Part shown: positions 50,867 through 59,986 of the stretch, in pieces
How the letters are laid out: every line of letters starts with the position of its first letter
Position numbering within the stretch: position 1 is the stretch's first letter
DNA from: an uncultured Chloroflexia bacterium
Lineage (GTDB): Bacteria; Chloroflexota; Limnocylindria; Limnocylindrales; CSP1-4
Assembly: GCA_963841135.1 (NCBI GenBank)
Contig: CAWJBJ010000004.1
Coordinates: 31,496 to 95,495, forward strand
Length of the DNA stretch: 64,000 nt
Reading direction: 5' to 3'
Program-made: the position numbers and the translations under genes
The notes under the pieces: generated by a model
The model's input: only the letters and a program-made list of their open reading frames with translations
What the model was told of the DNA's origin: nothing
Databases searched by the model: none

Positions 50867-51873
50867 GACCCCGAAGGCGGGTCGGTCGGCGCGGGTGCCG
50901 GGCTTGGGGCAACGCCCGACCCGCTCGTCGCCGGGGCCGGCAGGTTCGCCAGCCCGAGCACGATCGGCCCCCGCTCGAACATCGTCGACCCGTCCGGCAC
51001 GGTCTCGCCGTCGGCCGTCAGCGCCTCCTCCATCGACACGATGGCGACTTCGATCATGTCGTCGGTGGGCTGCTTCGTCGTGATCATCTGCACCAACAGG
51101 CCCTGGGTACAGCAGGATCTTGACGAGGGGGTTGGCGCGATGTCGCGCCCCGAACTTGAGGATCTCGTAGCCGACCGCCGCGATGATCGGGATGAGCACG
51201 ATGCGGCTGCCGACCATGAGGAGCGGCTCCTGGCGCCCGACCAGGCTGAACGCGAGGATCGACAGCAGGATCACGACCACAAGGAACTCGGTCCCGCAGC
51301 GCTGGTGGGCGGTCGGGTACTTGCGGACCGCGTCGACAGTCAGCGGATCGTCGGCCTCGAGGGCGTGGATCGTCATGTGCTCGGCGCCGTGGTACTGGAA
51401 GACCCGATGGATGTCGGGCGCCCGTCCGATGAGCACGAGGTAGCCGAGGAACAGGGCGACCCGGATCAGGCCCTCGACGAGGTGCTGGACGAGCCCGTTC
51501 TCGACATTCGAGGTGGTCACGCTCGCGATGAGCAAGGGGAGCAGGAAGAAGACGCCGATCGCCGGCCAGGAAGCGTCAGCCCCAGCATCAGCGCGATCGC
51601 GCGCTTGCCGAGCTCGATCCCCTCTTCCTGCGCCTGGACGTTCGCGCTTCGGATGAGCCAGCGCGTGCCGACGATCAGCGTCTCGTACAGGACGACGAGA
51701 CCGCGAACCAGCGGCATCTTCGACCAGGTCGTGCCGTGGAACCCGGAGTCGAGGCGCTCGGTGGCGAAGACGATCCGGCCGTCCGGCGCGCGCAGGGCCA
51801 CCGCGATCGCGTCGCGACCGCGCATCAGGACGCCTTCGATGAGGGCTTGGCCGCCGTAGGTGAATCTGGGCAT
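50863..51873 (-). pseudogene. DUF1385 family membrane protein, about 2 frame disruptions
   Basis: MPRFTYGGQALIEGVLMRG, YHGAEHMTIHA, HQRCGTEF, GYEILKF. Frame switches lie near 51535 and 51090. The stop overlaps the prfA start. Confidence 0.75.
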
Positions 51874-51986
51874 GCCCGGAAGTCTACTGGCCTTGGCGCG
51901 CGAGCGGCCCGGGCCGATGGTCCCACCGGGAATCAGAACGGCGGGCCGGAAGCCCGCCGTGAGATCGTGTGTGGCCGGGGAAGGGC

Positions 51987-52199
51987 CTAGCTGCGGACCT
52001 GCCGCTCGAGGCGCTTCTGGAACCGCTCGACCTGGCCGGCGGTGTCGATGATGTTCTGCTTGCCGGTGAAGAACGGGTGGCAGTTCGCGCAGACGTCGAC
52101 GCGCAGTTCCTCACGGGTGGATCCCACGACCCACTCGGTGCCGCACGAGCCGCAGTGGACCTTGGCCTGGAAATACTTGGGATGGATATCGGGCTTCAC
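51987..52199 (-). CDS. rpmE: 50S ribosomal protein L31 (Zn-ribbon type A)
   Basis: GTG start 52197-52199 after SD GGAGGAG. (V)KPDIHPKYFQAKVHCGSCG...CANCHPFFTGKQ. Confidence 0.9.
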   Translation of the reverse strand: MKPDIHPKYFQAKVHCGSCGTEWVVGSTREELRVDVCANCHPFFTGKQNIIDTAGQVERFQKRLERQVRS

Positions 52200-52269
52200 G
52201 GTGTTTCTCCTCCGACGCCTTCCGTGCAGGGCCATCGCCCCGCCGGTGGTCGCCGGCTCTGGTTCGGTG

Positions 52270-52551
52270 CTAGGCGGTCGTTGCGGGCGAGGCGGCCTCG
52301 GTCGCCTCGATGCGGATGCGCTTCTTGTCCTTCTTGGCATGCTCGAACTTCACGGTGCCCGCGACCGTCGCGAACACGGTGTAGTCCTTGCCGAGCCCGG
52401 TGCCCGGGCCGGCGAGGAACGTCATGCCGCGCTGGCGGACGATGATCGAGCCGGCCGTGACCAGCTGGCCGTCGCCGGCCTTGACGCCGAGTCGCTGACC
52501 GACGCTGTCGCGGCCGTTCTTGACGCTGCCGCCTGCCTTCTTGTGGGCCAT
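52270..52551 (-). CDS. rpmA: 50S ribosomal protein L27
   Basis: [33 protein letters not shown]. Confidence 0.95.
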   Translation of the reverse strand: MAHKKAGGSVKNGRDSVGQRLGVKAGDGQLVTAGSIIVRQRGMTFLAGPGTGLGKDYTVFATVAGTVKFEHAKKDKKRIRIEATEAASPATTA

Positions 52552-52556
52552 CTCGT

Positions 52557-53267
52557 CTACTCGTCCTTCTTCGTGGCGCGCGGGCGCTTGGGAGCGGCCG
52601 GCTTCGCTTCGGTCTTCTTGGCAGCGGGCTTGGCCGCCGCGGCCTTCGTGGTCTTGGCGTCCGCCGGCTTCGCGTCGGCCTTCTTGGCTGTCGCTGTCGT
52701 CTTGGTCGCTGTCGTCTTGGTCGCCGTCGACTTGGTCGCCTTGGCGTCGGTCTTCGCCTCGCCATCCGTGGGCTCGGCCTTGGTCGCGGCCTTCTTCGGC
52801 GCCGCCTTCTTCGCGGCCGCTTCCGCCCCGACTGCCAGCTTCGCGGCGAGCTCGGCGTCCTTCGCGGCCTGGGCCGCGGCGGCCTCTTCGAGGTGCTGTC
52901 GCTCGGTCTTCGCGTCGCGCTCGGCCTTGGCCGCATCCTTCGCCGCGCTCCGGCCACCGAACGTGATGTCGCTGATGCGCAGGACCGTCAGCTCCTGGCG
53001 GTGGCCCTTCTTGACGCGGCTGCGGGCCTTCGGGCGGTACTTGAAGCTGATCGTCTTCTCGCCGCGCATCTGGCGGACGACCTCGGCACTGACCTCCGCG
53101 TTCGCGACCAGGGGCCGGCCGATCGCGGCCTCATCGCCGTCGGCGACGAGGAGGACCCGCTCGAGCGTGATCGTCTTGCCGGGCTCGACGTCGAGAAGCT
53201 CGACCTGGAGTTCCGTGCCGACCTCGACGCGGTACTGCTTCCCGCCGGTCTCGATGACTGCGTACAT
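52557..53267 (-). CDS. rplU: 50S ribosomal protein L21 with a ~130-aa Ala/Lys/Thr-rich C-terminal extension
   Basis: [17 protein letters not shown]...[24 protein letters not shown], followed by [13 protein letters not shown]....[49 protein letters not shown]. Confidence 0.9.
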   Translation of the reverse strand: MYAVIETGGKQYRVEVGTELQVELLDVEPGKTITLERVLLVADGDEAAIGRPLVANAEVSAEVVRQMRGEKTISFKYRPKARSRVKKGHRQELTVLRISDITFGGRSAAKDAAKAERDAKTERQHLEEAAAAQAAKDAELAAKLAVGAEAAAKKAAPKKAATKAEPTDGEAKTDAKATKSTATKTTATKTTATAKKADAKPADAKTTKAAAAKPAAKKTEAKPAAPKRPRATKKDE

Positions 53268-53441
53268 GGGTCCTCAGGGCTGGTGATCCACCGGCGGGCG
53301 ACGAGCACGTGGCGATCGGGAGATGAACATGGGATGACGCTCGGCGCAGGCCGAGACGCGGACGGCGAAGTCTACCGGTCGAACGCCCGAGTGGTCAATC
53401 GTGCGGCACGCCCGTCGATCGAAGCGGCGTACGCTGGGCGC

Positions 53442-53669
53442 ATGCCCATTCGCCGGATCGTCGGCATCCTCGCCAGCGTCGCCTTGTTTGCCGTGCCGTT
53501 CCTTCTGGTGGTGTTCGTCGTGTCGCGCATCTTCGGGTTCGAGCTACAGGGGAACATCGGCGTCTGGGTCGCGTGGCTCCTCTACCTGATCGTGGTGGCG
53601 TGGATCGTCCGGCGGTGGACCGCTCGGACCGGGTCTCGCGAGCTGAAGCCTGCCCTGAGGAACGGGTGA
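53442..53669 (+). CDS. Small two-TM membrane protein, unknown function
   Basis: MPIRRIVGILASVALFAVPFLLVVFVV...IGVWVAWLLYLIVVAWIV. It ends 3 nt before the next gene. Confidence 0.45.
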   Translation: MPIRRIVGILASVALFAVPFLLVVFVVSRIFGFELQGNIGVWVAWLLYLIVVAWIVRRWTARTGSRELKPALRNG

Positions 53670-53672
53670 CCG

Positions 53673-54188
53673 GTGATCCTCCCCAAGGTCCGGGATCCGC
53701 GGTTCATCACCGTGCGTCGCGGCGGGACCCTCCTGGACGACGATCATCGTCGGCTCGCGGTGTGGGCGGCTGACTGCGCGGAGCACGTGCTGCACCACTT
53801 CGAGGCGGCGCGGCCGAAGGATGACCGCCCACGCCGCGCGATCGACCGAGGACGTGCCTGGGCGCGGGGTGAGATCACGTGGGCGGAAGCGCGCACGGCG
53901 GGCGGCCATGCAAACGCCGCGGCCAGAGACCTGAGCGGGGCAGCACGGCATGCCGCGTACGCTGCCGGCCAGGCCGCGGCGGTGGGCCACGTGGCGGCCC
54001 ATGAGCTGGGCGCCGCCGCCTACGCCGTCAGGGCGGCGCGAGCGGCAGCGCCTGAGGTGGAGGGCGAGGCTGCTGGCCGCGTGGAGTGCCTGTGGCAGCG
54101 CGCCCGACTGCCCAACGAGATCCGAGAGCTTGTGCTCGACGATCAGCGGCTGCGCAACGCGTTGTGCTGGTTTGCGTTCGACTGCTGA
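53673..54188 (+). CDS. Conserved all-helical protein resembling the family annotated as putative immunity protein (Imm-5-like)
   Basis: DPRFITVRRGGTL.DDDHRRLAVWAADCAEHVLHHFE...AWARGE...AAGHANAAARD..GAARHAAYAAGQAA...ELVLDDQRLRN. Recognised from memory of homologs only. Confidence 0.4.
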   Translation: MILPKVRDPRFITVRRGGTLLDDDHRRLAVWAADCAEHVLHHFEAARPKDDRPRRAIDRGRAWARGEITWAEARTAGGHANAAARDLSGAARHAAYAAGQAAAVGHVAAHELGAAAYAVRAARAAAPEVEGEAAGRVECLWQRARLPNEIRELVLDDQRLRNALCWFAFDC

Positions 54189-54236
54189 CGCGACTCGCTC
54201 CGGCCTCCGCCACGCCGCCGTGCGACCGGCCCTGCG

Positions 54237-55868
54237 TCACGCCGGTCGGGCCAGGCCCGGGGTCGCCTCCTCCAGCCGCGCGACGAACGCCGCGATCCGG
54301 CCCGCCACCTCGTCGCGGCGCCACTCGCGGTACATCTGGTGGTCGAGGTCGCCCAGTTCCTCGACGTGGACGTTGCCGAGGCGAAGCTCCCGGGCGAGGG
54401 CGCGTGAGCAGCGGTTGCGCAGGTACTCGAGGCCGTCGTCGCCCTCGGCGAAGAGCATGGCGACGGGTGTGCGCCGGCCGCGCAGCGCGGCCATCCATCG
54501 CGTGGCCATCGGCCGGATGCCGACGAGATCGAGCGCGGACCAGACGCCGTACCGACCGCCGAGCGCCTCACGCTCCCGTTGGCGCGTGCGCCGTGCCCGC
54601 GTCTGCGGGATCGTCGCCTCGACCGGACAGCCGAAGTCCCAGTAGAGCTGCGGGTTGATCGCCACGATCGCGTCGACCCGTGTTTCCTGGGCGGCCCGCA
54701 TCGCGAGCCAGGCTCCCGCGCAGAGGCCGGCGAGGACGACCCGGTCGAATTCCCCGCGCAACGCGTCGGTCAGCGCGATCGTGTCATCCAGGCAGTGGCG
54801 GTCATAGGGTCTCCCCGGCGCGTGGCCGTCGTCCGGGCTCTCGCCCCAGCCCCGGAAGTCGACCCGCAGCGTGGCATGCCCCAGGGCCGTGATCGCCCGG
54901 GCGTAGTCGACCCACGCCCGGCCCGGCCCGACGTGTGGCTCCGAGCCAGAGTTCAGGAACACCACGACCGTCGAGGGTCGATCCCCGATCGGGTCACCCC
55001 GGACCGCCGTGAGCGACGCGACCTGCGTCACCGTCTCGCGGATCGTCCCGAACGTGCCGGCGATCTCGGCCGCGCCGCGAAGCGATGGCGGGTCCGAACG
55101 CTCGGTCGGCGGCGCGTCACCGATCCAGTCGACGATCGACTCGACGATCGCGATCGGGACCACCGCCTCCTCGGTCGGGGCGTCGAGGGCGGTCTCGACC
55201 CCGGGCAGGCTCAGCACGTCGACCGTGGCGCCGAGCGGGCGGACGCGATCGGCCAGCGCGTCCAGCGGCTGCTCGGGCCGGCCCACGAGCAGGATCCGGG
55301 GCGCCGGCGCGGTCTCGATCGACTTGAGGTCGAGGGCTCCCAGCGCCGCCGCGGTCTCCTGCGACACGACGAGCCCGGCGTTGACGATCGCCCCCTCGAC
55401 CCCCGGGACCGGGAGGCCCAGCATCTTCAGCGACCTCGCGAAGGTCCGCCCGGATTCGACCGGGACCCAGGCGGCGATCGCATCGACGCCGAGGCCAGCG
55501 CCGTCCAGCATCGCCAGGAGACCGCCGAATTGAAATCCCACGAGCGAGACGCGGTCGTACCCGCGGGCTCGCATCTCGGCGACCGCGTGGGCGAGGCTGG
55601 CGCGCCAGGCGTCGACCCGACCCGGGTCCCAGCGCTCGCCGCTCGAGTCGCCGAGCCCGTCGTAGTCGAAGCGAAGGACGGCGTGGCCCCGATCCGCCAG
55701 GCGTTCTGCGAGCGTCCGCAGCGTCCGATGCGTCGACCACCACTCGTAGCCGATCGGTCCCGCGATGACCACACCGTGACGCGTCGGGGCGTCGGGCTCT
55801 GACCACCACCCGGCAAGGGGTCGCTCCTCGGGTCCGAACCAGGCGCCCTGGGCCTCGCGCGCGTTCAT
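54237..55868 (-). CDS. Tandem alpha/beta-hydrolase-fold protein
   Basis: Start at ATG 55866-55868 (MNAREAQG). Two hydrolase-like halves with nucleophile-elbow-like VSLVGFQFGG and VVLAGLCAGA. Confidence 0.55.
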   Translation of the reverse strand: MNAREAQGAWFGPEERPLAGWWSEPDAPTRHGVVIAGPIGYEWWSTHRTLRTLAERLADRGHAVLRFDYDGLGDSSGERWDPGRVDAWRASLAHAVAEMRARGYDRVSLVGFQFGGLLAMLDGAGLGVDAIAAWVPVESGRTFARSLKMLGLPVPGVEGAIVNAGLVVSQETAAALGALDLKSIETAPAPRILLVGRPEQPLDALADRVRPLGATVDVLSLPGVETALDAPTEEAVVPIAIVESIVDWIGDAPPTERSDPPSLRGAAEIAGTFGTIRETVTQVASLTAVRGDPIGDRPSTVVVFLNSGSEPHVGPGRAWVDYARAITALGHATLRVDFRGWGESPDDGHAPGRPYDRHCLDDTIALTDALRGEFDRVVLAGLCAGAWLAMRAAQETRVDAIVAINPQLYWDFGCPVEATIPQTRARRTRQREREALGGRYGVWSALDLVGIRPMATRWMAALRGRRTPVAMLFAEGDDGLEYLRNRCSRALARELRLGNVHVEELGDLDHQMYREWRRDEVAGRIAAFVARLEEATPGLARPA

Positions 55869-55950
55869 GCTCCCGATGGTACGGAACCTGTCCGCACCGG
55901 GTGGTCGGGGCGGTGCGCGGACGCGCCGCCTCACCGTCGCGCGCGAGCCC

Positions 55951-56667
55951 CTATTCGAGCTCGTCGCCCAGGACGAGCCGCTCACGCACGATGCTTGTCG
56001 CCACGAGGGGGCGACTCAGCCGATCCGCCAGCGCCGCGACCACCTCCTCGGGGCGGCCCGTGCCGAGCGACGGATGGATCCGCGTCCTGGTCCGGACGAC
56101 GACCGGTGACCCGTTCGCTGCGACATCGATGGACACCAGCAACGGCCGGAGGTCGTAGTCGACCGATCCGCCGCCCTTCTCGCGCTGACGCGGCAGGGCC
56201 GTCGCCGCGAGCAGAGCCCGTCCGGCCTCGGCGACCTCCGCGGCCGCAACCCCGTCCCCTCCCTCGAGGTCGATCCGATAGTCGGCCGCGGCGACCAGAC
56301 CGGCCAGCGCCGGACCGCCGAGCCACACGTCCGAGAGGTCGATGAGCCGCCAACCGACGGGCAGGACCGGCTCGAGGGCCTCCCAGACCCGCCAGCGCGG
56401 CCAGCGCTCGGCGAGGACCAGGTCGATGAGCTCCGCGTCGGCCGTCATCCCGATCGGCAACGGCGCGCCGAACGACAGGCGTGGCCTCGGCGGGTCGGAC
56501 GGCCCGGGCACGGCGGGCAGTCCCGAGGCCTCCACGGCGGTCGCCCACGCATCGGCGACCTCGCGTTGGGGCACGGCATCCGCCCCGGGTCCACGACCCA
56601 CCACGAGCCGCCAACGCTGCCGCGGCTCGACGACAGCGACTCGCGGCGACTCGGGATCGGGGCCCAC
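55951..56667 (-). CDS. DUF2344 / TIGR03936-like (radical-SAM-associated) protein
   Basis: GTG start 56665-56667. RWRLVVGRG......EVADAW..A...SGLP.......RPRLSFGAPLPIGMTADAELIDLVL. Confidence 0.5.
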   Translation of the reverse strand: MGPDPESPRVAVVEPRQRWRLVVGRGPGADAVPQREVADAWATAVEASGLPAVPGPSDPPRPRLSFGAPLPIGMTADAELIDLVLAERWPRWRVWEALEPVLPVGWRLIDLSDVWLGGPALAGLVAAADYRIDLEGGDGVAAAEVAEAGRALLAATALPRQREKGGGSVDYDLRPLLVSIDVAANGSPVVVRTRTRIHPSLGTGRPEEVVAALADRLSRPLVATSIVRERLVLGDELE

Positions 56668-56687
56668 GTCTGCTAGTCTGCGGCACC

Positions 56688-58016
56688 ATGAACGAGCCCG
56701 CGCGGCCCGGACCGGACGCCGCCGAGGGGCCGGGGTCGGCCGGCTGGGTCGCCTCGCTGCCGCCACCGCCGTTCGTCGTGAAACCCGACGACGGCTCGCC
56801 GCCGCGCTTCGCACCGTGGTCCCCGCGCGTCGCGGTCCTGCTGGTCGCGGCGATCGTCGTCGGCATCCTGCTGTGGATGGCGCGCGACAGCGTCCGGCCG
56901 TTCGTCGTCGGCCTGTTGCTGGTCTACCTGCTGGACATGCCGGTCCGCTGGCTCGTGCGGCGGGGTCTGCGACGATCGCTCGCGATCGTGCTCGTGTACG
57001 TGGCGACCGTCGTGGTCGTCGTCGAGTTCCTGGCCCTGACGCTGACGCCGTTGGTCAACGAGATCCTGCGGTTCATCGAGGACTTCCCGAAGCTCGCCGA
57101 GTCGCTGAACGCGCGACTCCAGGACCTGACCGAGCTGTACTCACGACTGGAGATCCCGCCGGCCATCCGCGACTGGATCGACGGCCTCATCGCCGGGATC
57201 GGGCAGGGCGGGGAGGTCGGCGCCGGGATGGATCTCTCATTCCTCCTGCCGCTGGTGACCGGCGCGGGCAGCCTGATCGGCGCGATCTTCGGCTACGTCC
57301 TCCTGCCGGTCTGGGTCTTCTACCTGCTCAAGGACCGGGTCAGCCTCGCCGCCTCGTTCGACAAGGCCCTGCCGGCGACCTGGCGCTTCGACACCATGGT
57401 GGTCCTGCGCAGCGTCGAGCGCGTCCTGAGCCAGTGGGTCCGCGCCCAGTTCGTGCTCGGAGTGACGGTCGGCGTCTTCACGTTCATCGGCCTGCTCATC
57501 CTGAGCCGGTTCGTGGACCCGATCTTCGGTCGCTACGCGATCCTGCTGTCGGTCACGGCCGGCATCCTCGAGCTGCTCCCGATCATCGGCCCGATCATCT
57601 CGGCGGTGCCCGCGGTGCTGCTGGCGGCGACCGCCGGACCCGAGTCGGTGATCGCGGCGCTGATCCTCTACACGCTGGTCCAGCAGGTCGAGAACAACGT
57701 GCTCGTGCCCAAGATCCAGGGCGATGCCGTCGAGCTGCATCCCGCCGCGGTCATGTTCGCGATCATCATCGGCGGTGCGCTCGGAGGCCTGGTCGGGGCG
57801 ATCCTTGCGCTGCCCGTCGCCGCGGCCGGCCGCGACGTGGTGCGCTACCTGTTCCGGCGCGTTGGACCGGATGACGACCCGGCGTCGCTGGCCGACATCG
57901 TCCGCGGCGTCGGGATGGCCCCGGACCCGGTCGCCCAGCGGGCAGCGTCCGCGGGGCCCGGGGCGCCCGCCGGCCCCGCTGCCGCACCGGGCGAGATCGG
58001 CACGGCCGATGCCTGA
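56688..58016 (+). CDS. AI-2E family transporter (PerM/UPF0118)
   Basis: ILELLPIIGPIISAVPAVLLA, LVQQVENNVLVPKIQGDAVELHPAAVMFAII, about 8 TM helices. Confidence 0.85.
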   Translation: MNEPARPGPDAAEGPGSAGWVASLPPPPFVVKPDDGSPPRFAPWSPRVAVLLVAAIVVGILLWMARDSVRPFVVGLLLVYLLDMPVRWLVRRGLRRSLAIVLVYVATVVVVVEFLALTLTPLVNEILRFIEDFPKLAESLNARLQDLTELYSRLEIPPAIRDWIDGLIAGIGQGGEVGAGMDLSFLLPLVTGAGSLIGAIFGYVLLPVWVFYLLKDRVSLAASFDKALPATWRFDTMVVLRSVERVLSQWVRAQFVLGVTVGVFTFIGLLILSRFVDPIFGRYAILLSVTAGILELLPIIGPIISAVPAVLLAATAGPESVIAALILYTLVQQVENNVLVPKIQGDAVELHPAAVMFAIIIGGALGGLVGAILALPVAAAGRDVVRYLFRRVGPDDDPASLADIVRGVGMAPDPVAQRAASAGPGAPAGPAAAPGEIGTADA

Positions 58017-58689
58017 CCGGATCGATCCCTACAAGACGCTCCAGGTCGACCCGGAGGCCGAGGACGAGGTCATCCAGGCCGCATATCGACGACTCGCGCG
58101 CAAGTACCACCCGGACGTGGCCGGCGGTGATGCGGCCGAACGGATGGCGGCCATCAACGCGGCGTGGGCGCTCATCGGCGAGCCCGAGGCACGGCGCCGA
58201 TACGACGGCGACGAGGCGATCCGCGCACACGCCGCCGAGACCGAGCGACGGGCCTGGGCATCGGCCCCGAAGGAACCCGAGCGGCCGGCGAAACCCGAGC
58301 AGTCCGGTGGGCCGGCGAAGCCGGGCGGCGCCGCCGGTCCCCCGCCGACGCCGCCCCGACCGCCCGAGGAGGTGTCCCGCGACTGGACCTCGGGCCGGTC
58401 GTCATTCGGTGGCGGGTACGAGGCCTCGATGCATGAGCCCGATGGTCTTGGAGCCGCGGGCACGCCGCCTGGGAATCCGTCGGGAAGCGTCCTCAACTTC
58501 GGGCGGTACGCCGGCTGGTCGCTCGGCGAGATCGCCCGGCAGGACCTCGAGTACATCGAATGGCTCGACCGCGCGCCGATCGGTCGCCAGTACCGCGACG
58601 AGATCGACGGCATCCTGAGGCGCACCGGACGGCGGCAGTCCGCCGACGCCGAGGCGACCGACCGCCGCGGGCTGTTCCGCCGCCGCTGA
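58009..58689 (+). CDS. J-domain protein with C-terminal DUF3820-like module
   Basis: DPYKTLQVDPEAEDEVIQAAYRRLARKYHPDV (HPD motif). C-terminal FGRYAGWSLGEIARQDLEYIEWL. The start overlaps the transporter stop by 8 nt. Confidence 0.7.
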   Translation: MPDRIDPYKTLQVDPEAEDEVIQAAYRRLARKYHPDVAGGDAAERMAAINAAWALIGEPEARRRYDGDEAIRAHAAETERRAWASAPKEPERPAKPEQSGGPAKPGGAAGPPPTPPRPPEEVSRDWTSGRSSFGGGYEASMHEPDGLGAAGTPPGNPSGSVLNFGRYAGWSLGEIARQDLEYIEWLDRAPIGRQYRDEIDGILRRTGRRQSADAEATDRRGLFRRR

Positions 58690-58822
58690 GTCGTGCCGGC
58701 GGGTGGCCGGCCTCAGTCGGACGGTGACGCTGAAGCGCGGGCATGACCTCGCAGGTTCGACCGTGCGGGTGGCGCTAGCCACCTAGTCGTGCGTATCGCC
58801 GGTCAGCCGATCGCGGGGCGCG

Positions 58823-59986
58823 TCACCACTCGGCGCGGTTCTGCCGGACGTTGATGCTCTGGAGGATCCCGAGTCCGAAGGCCATGCTCACAAGCGACGC
58901 GCCGCCGTGCGTCACGAACGGGAGCGGGATGCCGGTGATCGGCATCACGCCCATGACCATCCCGACGTTGACGATCAACTGGAACAGGATCATCGAGGCC
59001 AGGCCCGCGGCGAACATCGTGCCGAACGGGTCCCGCGAACGCCAGCCGGCCGCGAGGATCCGCCACAGCAGCAGGAAGAACAGCGCGAACACGACGACAC
59101 CACCGATGAACCCGAGCTCCTCGGCCAGGATGGCGAAGACGAAGTCCGTGGTCTGGACCGGCAGGAAGTCACCCTGGGCCTGCGTGCCGTTCGTCAGGCC
59201 CTTGCCCATCCATCCGCCAGAGCCCACGGCGATCTGCGCCTGGTACAGCTGGTACCCCGAGCCCTTGATGTCCGGGCTGGTGTCGAGGAACGACAGCAGG
59301 CGCTGCTTCTGGTAGTCGAGGAGGATGTACGTCCAGGCGATCGGCACGAGCGCCGCGACACCGGTCGCCAGGGCCGCCAGCCACTTCAGGCTGGCCCCGG
59401 ACATCCAGAGCATGCCGGCCAGGATCGCGGCGAACACGAGCGACGTCCCGAGGTCCGGCTGGAGCGCCACGAGCGCAAGCGGCGGCCCGACCAGCAGGCA
59501 GGCACCGACGATCGACGCGAGCGAGTCGAGGCGACCCTGGCGTGCCGCGAGGTAATTCGCGAGGACGATGATCATGAAGATCTTGGCCAGCTCGCTGAAC
59601 TGGAACGTGAACGGCCCCAGTGCGATCCAGCGGGCCGAGTTGCCGACGCCATCGCCGATGAGCAGCGTCAGCACGAGCAGCCCGAGCTCCAGCGCGTAGA
59701 GCGGCCACGCGAGCGTCTTCAGCCAGCGATAGTCGAACGCCGTCGAACCGATGAAGACGACGACGGCGATGCCCGCCCACATGAGGCCGCGGGTGAAGAC
59801 CGTCTGCGTCTCGAGCGTGAGCTTGCCGTTCTCGACGCTGTTCGTGTAGGCCATGACGAGCCCGATGGCGGCCAGCAGCCCGGCATAGGTCACGAGCTGC
59901 AGGTCGAAGGCGCGCCATACCGCCCCGACGGACTTGGCCGCCCAATCCGTGATCCGTGCTGGTTCGGCTCGGATGACGCCCATCAC
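58823..59986 (-). CDS. rodA: SEDS-family peptidoglycan polymerase RodA
   Basis: FQFSELAKIFMIIVLANYL, PDLGTSLVF, TDFVFAILAEELGFIG, PLPFVTHGGASL. Lies downstream of PBP2. Confidence 0.9.
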   Translation of the reverse strand: MMGVIRAEPARITDWAAKSVGAVWRAFDLQLVTYAGLLAAIGLVMAYTNSVENGKLTLETQTVFTRGLMWAGIAVVVFIGSTAFDYRWLKTLAWPLYALELGLLVLTLLIGDGVGNSARWIALGPFTFQFSELAKIFMIIVLANYLAARQGRLDSLASIVGACLLVGPPLALVALQPDLGTSLVFAAILAGMLWMSGASLKWLAALATGVAALVPIAWTYILLDYQKQRLLSFLDTSPDIKGSGYQLYQAQIAVGSGGWMGKGLTNGTQAQGDFLPVQTTDFVFAILAEELGFIGGVVVFALFFLLLWRILAAGWRSRDPFGTMFAAGLASMILFQLIVNVGMVMGVMPITGIPLPFVTHGGASLVSMAFGLGILQSINVRQNRAEW

